In this document: piece by piece, positions 23,771 to 34,967 of the stretch
Numbering within the stretch: the first letter of the stretch is position 1
Layout: every line of letters begins with the position of its first letter
Assembly: GCA_047495785.1 (NCBI GenBank)
Contig: JBLDXI010000009.1
Span: 4,340,001-4,404,000, forward strand
Source: Lepidodermella squamata
Lineage: Eukaryota; Animalia; Gastrotricha
Length of the DNA: 64,000 nt
Direction of reading: 5' to 3'
The notes under the pieces: model-generated
What the model was told of the DNA's origin: nothing
Database searches by the model: none
Seen by the model: the letters and a program-made list of their open reading frames with translations, nothing else
Made by a program: the position numbers and the translations under genes

Positions 23771-26700
23771 ATGGTGTTTAACCGTGTTATGCTGGTGCCA
23801 CTTGTCCTAGCCTTGTGGAAAGGTTTCCGAAATAACAAGCCACATTACACATCACATTACAGTCTCCTTATTTTACAGTTGATCTCACCGCAGCACAGAC
23901 ATGTGCACCTCTGGGTCGCGACATCATCAAAGGCTCGATCGGGTATTACAAGCTTTTTGACGGAGAACTACTGCCCAGGGAGGAGACAGATTTCTCGAAA
24001 AATCAATCAGTCTACACAAGGTTCAACATCTACTGCTACAACAAACGTGACGGGTACTTGGCTATTACATGCAGAGATGATAGGAATTGGCAGCGGTGGG
24101 ACTCGCGTGTTTGCTGTGAAGGCGGTTAGTCGATTCAATCTCTCTTTGATTCTCGATAAAGCTTGTATTAATAGCGCACTGTGGAATGGGCCTATTCTGC
24201 CTTAATAACACTTGTCAGGTACCACCGAAGCCGATGACCATTCGGAATATAACCCTGACCGAACTGACATGTCCGCCGTTGAACAGCTTGGATAGCTATG
24301 GGCAGTTCAGTTATTCCATGATTTCAGCTGGAGAAATCACCTTGGACACGGAACGCAATACGTCTGAAAGGTTCGTCGCGACATGCAAGGACACATACGG
24401 ATACAATAAGCGTTGGATGATCACCTGCCAAGCGAATGGCAACTACTACCCAGCGTTACCAGTGTGTTGCAACTCGGGTGAGAGATGACCTAGTTTCTCT
24501 ATTATTTCAATTCTTGCTCATATGCTTCAAGCTGCTTGCCAAAATGGTGGGACCTGCGACGTGAATGGGAAATGCGTATGCCCAAGGGGTTTCTCAGGCG
24601 GCAGGTGCGAAAACGTTCCGCGTAGGTTTTATCGCAGCCAATGACTGTTATAATTATTACCAAATTGTATGAAAGCCCCTACGATCCAACAAGTGACTAC
24701 TACGCTTCAGACAACTACTGCTAATGTTGCTTACTACCGTAAGCGATTTCTTCTTCCTATGAGTTGTGCAGAACGTATTTGGTTTTAGGATTGAATGGCC
24801 GATTGAGCGTGCGCCAAGTTTTGGTTTCGGAAAAAGATCTGACCGGAAACGGTTCTGATACTGCATCGATATCGATAACCACTGAAAACAGAACAGATAT
24901 AACAAACGCGACCAGCCGTATTTACAAGCCTGTTATCAGCAAATTAGCCGGTAGAATTATGGACACCTACTCTGTGATCACTGGCCAGTTGATTAGTTGG
25001 CCTCAACTGATATGGATTGTGGTCAAGTTTGTATTTTCTCGAAAATAACCGATTCTTTTAACGAAGCATTTCAGCGTAACTGATGATGGAATAACAGGTC
25101 ATTATTCAGTGAAGATACGAGCTCCTGACAATATGGCTCCTGAACTTGTCCTAAAGAAGTATGCGCCCTTGATTGAAATGTACGTGGGCATGACTAGATT
25201 CGAGAAGTATTTCGGGCCCAATGGGGAAAACCGCTTCGAACTTGTGTCGTGCTCATTACTACCACTAGATCCTACAACAGCTCCGAGTAAGGTCTTTACC
25301 ACAGCAGCTCGTATGGCTAGCTTAGCAACCACTCTGGCTGGCCAGCAATATGCCTCTATAAATTACCGTAAGTCAAGAAGAGACTTTCAGTTTGGCTGCA
25401 AATGTTGTCTTCTCAGGGTTGCAAGGGGGATTCGATTTGCAGCAGGTTAAGATCAGACAGAATGTGAAAGCTGTTAATGCCTCGATCGCAACGATTACCG
25501 CGAAAAATACGTCGGTTTTTGATGATAAATCCAGCTCAGAATACTCAACAGTCCTCAACGCATGCCGCGAACGTATTCTTTCTACTTTCAAGCAGATTCT
25601 ACCCCCAATGGTCAAGGTGATACATGAATTAACTCTTGCAGGGTAATCAACTCAAAAACGCACTCCGGATTGCCATTATCCAGTTTTCAATTGCAGGTAT
25701 TATGGTGACATTGTTCAGGCGAATTTTTCGGTTCGATTGGAGAGTTATTCTTCGCCTGCAAACGTCACCATGCATGAATTCCAAGACTGGATTAAAAGCT
25801 CAGTCCGAGAACTCGTGAAGAAGGGTTATTATGACGATGTTTTTGGAGTTGACGGCATTATTCACTTCAGCGTCGCTGCCCGAGCAATTATATCAGATGC
25901 AGCCGAGACAACTCTTCTGCCGACTACTCCAGCAATTTCAACTACGACTTTGAAAACAACAACTGAGCAAAAGGCTACAGAGCCGATAGTAACTACTACG
26001 AAAGAAGCGATTGAAGCGCAAACTACCGAGGCAAGTATGCCAACCAAGGCTAAAAAAGACATTGAAACGCCGAGTACAGCAGCCATTAAGACAACTACTC
26101 CTCCTAAAGCGACATCCCAACCTACTAGCCAAGTCCCAAGCTCTACGGTCCCCTCAACTCAAATTCCCAAGTTTAAAAATCGTAAGATGAAAGCTGATCA
26201 AATTTCCAAACCTAAAAGATTTCTGTGATGAAGGTGTTAGTGGAAAACTCTCCGCTAAGAAAGTCATGATTCGCAAATCAGCTGTTAACGGCAGACGGAA
26301 GAGAGGAACTGATGAAATGGTGGCTATCAGCGCCAGTGATCCAGCGCTTCTGGATAAGAACAGCGAAATTTACAAGGCAGTGAAAGATACATTCAACAGC
26401 CAGCTGATAGAAATTTTCAGCAAAATGGGTGCCACTGTCACGCCTCAAGATCTTGAAACCATGGAAATCAAGTAATTCTTTACAATTTCTCGTTTCATTG
26501 TATAATTTCTTTCGATTCAGCGCTTCTCTTGGTGAAATCGCAGCATCATACACAGCTGTGGTGAACACAGACAAGGAGGCTTCTATCGATGATATAAAAC
26601 AGTCCGTGTCCTCGGCAGTCCAGGAACTTGAGAAGTCAGGATTCTTCACGAGTGCATTTGGAAGTGATGGGATCAAGTCAGACATACTATCCTTGAATGT

Positions 26701-26824
26701 GGTAACCGGAGGACAAACTCCGCCTAAAGCGGTCGCCCAAAAATCAGCTGCCAACCTTTGCGAATTGAAGATTTGGTCGTTAATTACCGCAGCCTTGATC
26801 AGCCTCCTATGCACTATTTATTAG
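23771..26824 (+). CDS. Array gene H: 2 sushi-like modules, EGF, three SEA-like domains, Thr stalk, hydrophobic tail
   Basis: [16 protein letters not shown]; [15 protein letters not shown]; [27 protein letters not shown]; [19 protein letters not shown] and LLDKNSEIY; GRRKRG; ends [17 protein letters not shown]. Confidence 0.82.
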
Positions 26825-27485
26825 GATCAGAGAAAGACATTTGGAAAATGTGAAAGCAATCTTTTGAACTCCGAATCAGCTTATTAACCATAACTACAAT
26901 CTTTGTTAGAAAAACTTTAAATAGCTTCTGATTTTACTAATCTATCAACTATGGAAATAGATGGATGGATTGCAAAATGTGTTCATAAGTCTCGAATTTC
27001 CTTTCTTGTGCTTTTTTCCTCCTATAAAATAAATTATGAAAACGGTGGATCTTGGACCTCATGTACCAGATTGGTCCTCAATTTCGGAACATTCCGACAG
27101 GTTACGTCAAAGAATATCTCCTTAATATTCGCGTATAACAGAGTTTTCCGAAGGCTCCAGGCTGTCCCTTCAGCAACTCGAGCGATAATGGCTTGATGCT
27201 TGATTCTCCCTCGGTAATCGGACGTATATTGTCTTTCGAAGTCATGATGTTACAGAACACCTATGCTGCGATTAAAAATTATCTGTTACAGAATATAATA
27301 CCCATATTTGCATAGCTTTTCACTCCTCATGCAAGTCCCGATACGTTTCAAGTGCATTTTCTTAAGCAAACACGCGTTTGTCTGCCGTATATAATGCGCC
27401 TCCAATCGTTTCCGCGTTTTCAATTAAAACACAGGGGAAATCTCGACGAGTGCAATCGAACAAGATTCATCGACAAAATACCAGC

Positions 27486-29493
27486 ATGATATCTTTACTC
27501 CCTCTGTCGTGCCATATGGACTGTCTGGCTCTGACCATTGGACTAACGTTACTTTACTGTAGTAAGTGATTCCGCGGGATATATCACCATATAAGGATAC
27601 ACAATTATTCATTAGATTCAAATGCTCAAAATCCAACATGCCCTCCGCCTCGTCTTCCAATCGGGGGTTTCTTCTACGGCTATGAAGGTAGGAAATCGGT
27701 AAAATACACGAATCAGAGCTCCTTGGAGCGGCGAACGAATCGAGTCACTGACTTCTACGCAGTTTACTGCCCAAAATTCAGCGAAATCACCGCAATACAA
27801 TTCGCTATTATCTGTGACACAACCGGGCAATGGAACCCGCCGCCGTTAGCCTGCTGCCCTCGAGGTCTGCCATTGTTTCCTTTCTATACCTTGAAACATC
27901 TCTATTTCTTAAACAGAAAGCTGTTTGAATGACGGGCAGTGTACTCAGATCGAACCATTCCGATGTGAATGTCCTCGAGGTTTCTCCGGTGATCTCTGCC
28001 AGAATAGAGAGGGAGGTGAGGCACCCAAACCATTGAAACCCATCTTACATAAATTAGTCTTCCATAGATCCTACGGGTCTTTGCTCGCCCCTAGGTCAGG
28101 CTCCACAGGGAGCGGTCGGCGTTTACAAAGTCTTAAATAGACAAATGGTTAATGTAAATCAAACCGAGCTTTCGTCGCCCCAACCCTTCGGCACGAGTTA
28201 TACAATATACTGCGAAGACAGATATGAGCCAGTTCTTACCTTCCACTGCCGGAGAAGTGAGACAGGGCAAGGTCCCTTACAATGGAGACCAGACCCCACG
28301 AATGCATGCATAGCGGATGGAAAAACTACGAAAACAACTAGCACAACGATTCGGCCGGAAGATGAAGAGACTTCTTCGGATGATTTTGAAACCACGGAGA
28401 CTACGATAGAAGAAACTGAAGCAACTACAATCACTGATGCCGAAGAGCAAACAACACAAGCTGAAGAGCCAGTTGTAACTGTAAATTCGACAGCCATTAC
28501 GCTAGAATCGACTCGGATGATTCCACCGATAACGTCATCTCAAACGGTTAAAACTAACGACTCGGTAGCAACCACGAAAAGGGCCTCTTCAACTGTAATG
28601 ACGAACACTAAACCTTTATCAACTACCAAGCCATCTGCCATAACTACATCATCAGGGGTCGAAAGGAACTTTTACAGTAAGATTTCCAATTTTCAAGTTT
28701 TGCTTAACAACAAGGCTTCCCATCTTTCAGAATTCACTCTTACTTTCAGAGTGAAACGAGTCAGGGTCGCCAGCCAAACTATTGACGAGTTAGGGCAGCT
28801 GATCAGGCGACAAGCAGATGGGTTGATTGAAGTGAACGCAACAAATTGGTCGAAGCTATCGCAGAACAAAACCATCTACAAATCAGTGCAGTCAGTTTTT
28901 GAAGAACATGTCCTGGTTATATTCGAAAATGCTGGTCTGCAAGATCCGATCACATTGAATACGACTGGTCTAGGGTACGTTTTCTTTAACCTAATTTTCG
29001 AGACGCTTTCGTTTCGACCTACTGTCCCGAGGATTTCAGGTGTTTTTGAGTATTACGTGGGAGATTGGCACTGTATTTTAACAATTACACTTCAGAAAAA
29101 CCAAATGTTTTAAACACGCTAGCCCACGCCATATAGTTTTCGACCCTGGCAACACGGACTTGAACGCTATGTCTTTTTTACAGCTCAGAAAATGGCAGTA
29201 TCGTCTACAACTGCACTGTTGTGGCTAAGTACAATGCGAAAATAGACCTTAATTTCGCGCGAAGTGCCCTAAATCAGGGCGTCAAGTTCACAGCTGAAAC
29301 TCGAAGCTTCGAAGCCGCCTTCGGAAATTTGACCGACTTCACCTACGCAATTATCGATCTTTCGATAGTTAAGGAGCCGGAAAAGCCGCTGCCAATTACT
29401 CGTTCAAATACAGGAAGCTTACCTTACTCGTCGATACTGGCAACATCCTTCGGACTAATTATTTTTCGTATCTTCCTGGAAGCTTATTCTTGA
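27486..29493 (+). CDS. Array gene I (most divergent): sushi-like, EGF, sushi-like, Thr/Glu stalk, SEA-like, hydrophobic tail
   Basis: Signal-like LALTIGLTLLYC; CPPP...CDTTGQWNPPPLAC; EGF CLNDGQC..CECPRGFSGDLC; IRRQAD; SENGSIVYNC; ends ILATSFGLIIFRIFLEAYS*. Confidence 0.78.
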
Positions 29494-29683
29494 AATTTCA
29501 AGCGTGAGTGGAAATGATTTTAATAAAATGAAACGCGATTCCTTATAAAATGAAAAAAATAAACGGTTTATTCGATTCCAAGAACGTAGAACAGTGTTTA
29601 ATTAAGATATTATGAAAGCTGTTCGTCATTGCCAAGTCGCGAAATAATAAATTGCAAATAATAATCAAATTCGATGCAAAGAA

Positions 29684-31139
29684 TCATGTTGATAAATTTT
29701 TTGAAGATCCAGCTTGCGATGTTGAAGATGATGATGGATTCTTGAGAAATTCGGTAACTGTGTCCTTATTTTGCGAATTAACATACATATCGAGGTAGAG
29801 TTGATCTTTTACAACGTGCGACACTTTTGGGACAATTTCTTTCACGGCCTCTGCGTACTGCTCGCCGCCTTGCCGCATCAGATCAAAGGCACGAGTAAAA
29901 TAGCGAAGCTAAAAAATATATATTATTATAATAATTAGTAAGATATAACAAAGTAGCAACATCAAGCGGCCTAGCGCTCATTGTTTTAGAGTTCAGGAAT
30001 TTTTGGAATTTTTTATTTTAAAAATTTAAATTAAAAAACTTGGAATCCAAAAAGAATTAAAGAAAATAGCTAAATTTAAATTTAAAACTTAAAATTCAAA
30101 AAAAGTTAAAGCAAAAATGTCTGTCATTTCCCAAAAACAAATGCAATCATCAAAATGTTTAAAAAATCATTTTACAATCTTAGCTTCAATTTTCCAAATT
30201 CTAAATTTTCAATTTTCAACCTTCATTCTGCCATATTTTTTAATTAATTAAATTTTTATTACCGGTAAAATTAAATAAGAATAATGTTAATAAAGTTTTA
30301 ATCTTACCCTCAAATCGCCTCCAGAACCTTGCTGCATTGTCGCGTGAAGAACTTCCTTAAGCCTTCGGCAAACATTCTGAACTAAAATCGGATGACTAAG
30401 TTGGTCCGAGTGATTCTCCTGGAAAAACGAGAACGCTAACAGCAGTGAAATTTCTGTAGCAGTCGGCTGCCAATCGGTCATCAGCTTTGACAACTCTTCG
30501 AAGGTTTCAACATAAGGCATCATCGCTGGGAAGGCCGTTGCGTAAGTTTTGAAGTTCAGCAGGCGAAAATCGTTTTGAACAGATAACGGATTTTGTTCTG
30601 GTAACGAAACCTGAGTCAGCCAATGGAGCTGGGCAGCCTTGGAAAACAGCAAAGCCTTGTCACGGTCTGGAACAGCAGAATAAGCTGAAATATAAAAGAA
30701 GGAAAATTAAAATTCCCGAATAATTCTTCCTAATTTTTTAAATCATTTTTTGAATTATTAAGAATTTCCTGCAATAAATTTGAGTTTCAAAAATTAAACT
30801 ATTAATCTTACCTGGAAGCATTTCAGCGCAAGCCTTCGATGGCAGCAAATTTGTCCTGAATCTGGACATGAATGCAGCCTGCAGTTGATCGGGCGCCGAG
30901 TCGGCTTCAAGTACTTCAGTATTGGTCATATTTATCTGCATTCTCTTCTCTGATAGCGCTCGAGACGCTCGCATCAGTCGGTTGAGTGTCATTTCGCAAT
31001 TGTTCAAATCGCGCTGTGGCATTTGTTGAACAACAAACGGGGCGCAAATCGCTACGGCCTTATTCTTCGGCTCGTCGGGTTCCGGTGACAGCCGCCGCAT
31101 CTTGCAGGGTACTTCGTCTTCGCCGTTTCCACCCACCAT
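29684..31139 (-). CDS. Nuclear-receptor ligand-binding-domain-only protein 1, 3 exons
   Basis: Spliced KACAEMLP|AYSAVPDRDKALLF matches the FAKxLPxFxxLxxxDQxxLL signature; TATEISLLLAFSFF..LSHPILVQNVCRRLKEVL fits helices 8-9; QLYLDMY is AF-2-like. No C4 zinc fingers. Confidence 0.72.
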
Positions 31140-31844
31140 TTTTTGCTAAACACGTAAAGGAGTAGATTATAAGACAAGGAAACTGCCACAAGTTGTAGAG
31201 CAACCAGTCAAGGTATATGCAAATGTCGCTTTTATTGAACTATAAAGCGCAGTAGAATTTTTTAATATTAGCCAAGTACTGCGTGCAGTAGTAGTAATAC
31301 ATCGCTATACTCAATGTAATACTAGCATAAGCGCTTGAGTTTTTTACTCACGTGCGTAAATTCGTGACAAGTAATACGGGGGTATGCACTGTGAAATAAT
31401 TCGTTATTTGTGTCTTTTTTATTTGATGCGCGCCTTACATGATAGTAATCATGTGACCTAGCACGAGACGGCACGTGTTATATGATTTAATGGGAAGATG
31501 ACCCAGAAGACGCAGTGTTTATTGAAACGTCCAGCTTAACAAAGTTTTGCGGCGGAAAAAATTCTCAGAATGGAAAAGCACGTGAATCAAGCCACTGAAT
31601 CACGCTCAAGCTTATTATTTATAGAAACGCTCAAATTTGTCCGATGGCCTAGGCCGCTTTCATACCTATTTTAAAAGCCCTGACCTATTAAACCAGAATT
31701 ACATCGAGATCGAAACATGTTTTATTACTATAACTTGGCTACGTGCACCAATTTTAAACATTATTATTGACCGCGCCACGTCCGTAAATGGTCGAAAATA
31801 AATGATAAAAATAACTACAAGTTATTGAATAAAAAATGATTTTA

Positions 31845-32951
31845 TTAGCACGAGCCGTCTCCGATAATTGGCACTTGATCGAAGTGCGGTTGTACTGCTG
31901 TTGATGATGATTGCTTGCGAAGCTCGGAGACAACAATTCGATACTGATCGCCGGCGATTCGAATCAAATCGTAGGCTCGCATGAAATACCGCAACTATTG
32001 ATGCAAAAAATTGTAATTCGGTCTTGTTAACTTTAATTTCAAGAAAAATACCCTTAAATCTGGGCTGGTGAAATTTTTGACCACAGCATGTAACACTTCT
32101 TTCAGGCGCTTGCTGACATTATCGATCAACGTCGGGTGATTCAAGTCTCTGCTGGCGCCTGATTCTTGGAAGAAGAGAAAGGCCAGTAAGAGCGACAGTT
32201 CCGATGTTGTCGGCGCCCAGTCGTGAGCTAGGTTCGAAATTTGCTGCAAAATTTCGCAGTAGAGTGTGCACGAAGGCGTCGCCGAGGCGGCAAGGCTGCA
32301 TTTTCGCCGTAAATCGGCTAAGCTGGCATCGTCCTGCAGCAGGCAAACTTGGGACACGAGGTAAAGAGGGCATGAGCGCGAAAATAATAGAGCTCGATCT
32401 GCATCAGGAATTGCTGAATAAACTAAAAAAAAAGAGGAAAAAATAAAATAAATAATCCGCCTTAAAATTTCTTTTTTAAACGATGATTCATTTGACCCGA
32501 TTTCACACTACGCATGTTAGTGCGGGTCAAGCGCCGGGTAATAAAATCTGCTTTGAAAAAGTAGGTCACCCAATTTATAAGATTTAATAATTTACAAGGC
32601 TTTGTGTTTATTCCGAAGGAATTACAATTGCTTCTTACCTGGCAGATTTTCGGTGTAAGCCTTAGCCGGTTCGATGGCGCGTTCCAGCCGCCGTAGCAGT
32701 TCGTCTTGAATGTGAAAACGATTGTTGTCGTCGTCATTTTCTTCGCGATCGACATTGTGCCGAAAATTCGTTAGAATCGACGAAGCTCGTATAAGGCGTT
32801 GCATTGTTTGCTCGCTGTTTATCACATCGTGCTGGTCGTTGCGGCGCAAAAACGGCCGACAAACGGCAACGGGCCGCGATTTCTTCTGCACAGCAGAAGC
32901 ATCGATGCGGCGAATTTTCGCATCTTCGATGTTAGCATCGCGCGACTTCAT
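31845..32951 (-). CDS. Nuclear-receptor ligand-binding-domain-only protein 2 (paralog with the same intron positions)
   Basis: KAYTENLP|VYSAIPDADRALLF; WAPTTSELSLLLAFLFFQE..LNHPTLIDNVSKRLKEVLHA; DLR|LRYFMRAYDL. Confidence 0.72.
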
Positions 32952-34967
32952 TTAATTTGTCAAAATGTCTACAGATAAAAATCAGACATTTCAGAGGAAG
33001 CCTGTGTCCTAATTTATCATAGCCCAGGTTTTCGTTCGTTTATGACGCAGGTAAGGGTAAATATTATAGCAGCACATGATAGTAATTTTCAACTGCGCAT
33101 CGGAATAATGTGTAAGTGAATAATATGAATACAAATATTAATGCGCACGTGGAAATACCGGACAGGTGCGCCTTATCATAAAAAATCACCCGTGTCCGAC
33201 TTAATTTAAATCTTACTTCCCGAATAAAAGGAAATATTCAAACATTTCCTTGCGTGATTAAAGAATTAAGAACAAGGAAAACTGGGGTAAGGAAATGAAA
33301 TAAATCTGAAGGATACGAGTTCATCGGAAGAAAAATAATATAACGCAACGTTATCAAGAAAACAAGCAGCCATATTTACAAGGTCATATAGCTAAAGAAC
33401 TGCGCATGCGAAAATAATATTAATATATAAGCATGTATTACAAAAAAATCCGCGAGATAAGATGTGCCAATATATATGTATATAATTTGCCGGTTCACGA
33501 CATAATATATAGGAAAATACATGCAGTGCTATCATAAAATGGGTCACCCTATTTTTTCCTAATAACGTCGCTTTATTTGCACGCACTTGGAAATGTCTTT
33601 AACCCAGTTGTAGCGAATAGCATATGAAATGCTTATTATATTTTTTGTCAAATGGCCTATTAAAATGTATATATTATTAATTAATAGGATGAGGGCGATT
33701 GAGAGATGGCTGGGATTTTTTTCCAATTTTCAATTGTCTATGTCGAAATGCGGACGTGGAATTTGAAGCTGGGAAATGAACTGGATCGGAACAAGCGAGC
33801 GTGTTACACTTTCTTGAATTATATAATGTGGACAAAATTTAAACTACGCATTACTACAGGTGTATACGAGTGCGCGCTTTAAACCCTCATGTGATACCCA
33901 GGTAATTTTTTTATGCATCGCCGCATAAATTTCACGCGAAATCACGTGGTTTGTCAACATACAACCTAAGCACAAATATATATTTAGGTATATATTGATG
34001 CGCGATAAGTCGGACGAGTGTCCTCTGATGATTTATCACGTGTGCGTTTTTATACCTGCTGCTACGCGTTGTATTTAAACTGTAATGTCCACAATATTAT
34101 TGCCATGTTGATTCGATCGATTTTCTATCACGCGCAGGGCACGGCTATTTTCAGGCCTGTTTAGCTATGCGAGGCTGATCAAAAAATGAGCGCGTGTCTT
34201 CTTTAAAAAAGAAGGACGCCATTTATTTTAGCTAGTGTACTACGCGTCATCGCGCTTATAATATATTGGATGTCATTTCAATAAGCCGATGCGTGAGCTT
34301 GTCGAGAATGAGTGCAAAACTGGTAAAAAAAACGTATGTCTTTCCTCGATTTTCGCCACTCATGCGTGAAAAAATGAAATTAAAGTAATTTTTAAATGTG
34401 TAACAACTTAATAGGGGAAAAAAATGGAAAAATACTCTCATCTCAATTCGAATATAGGAAAAAGCCTTAAGGCAACTATATTTACGAATTATTCAAAAAC
34501 GATATTATTCACGCAATTATTGATTTTTTTGTGTGTTTAAAAATACGCTATCACGTACAAGCCATTGTCTGGGTCCGGCGCGTCTTCATTAACGACCCGC
34601 AGATTATGTAAATTCTGACGACCCTGGCGCCAGCTAAAAGTGGAACTCGACTCTTACGAAAAAAATAGCGTATACTAACACGGTTTTATTAACGGTGTGT
34701 TCATAATAATAATAATAATAATAAATTACTATGAAAGGAAAAAAGTACTATCGGCCTGGCGTATAGTAAGTACTCGAGTGTAGTAGCCACAGCGATGAAA
34801 TACAGAAATAAAGCCTATATTTTTTTACGCGGTCTAATGCGTGCACGGGAGAGCCAGCAAAATATATATATACTATAGGAATTTGAAGCCAAAAAGCTGC
34901 TATCTTCAGCTACATAATATCATCCCTTCACTGTTGAATAATTTTTTAGATTTTTTTATAAAAATAT

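Noticed and set aside
12702-28875. Many minus-strand ORFs opposite the array genes
   Set aside because: Antisense shadows of low-complexity Ser/Thr/Ala exons.
34614-34662. CTGACGA followed by a small palindrome and a later GAAA, resembling a hammerhead ribozyme core
   Set aside because: GAAA does not follow stem II, and stems I and III could not be formed.
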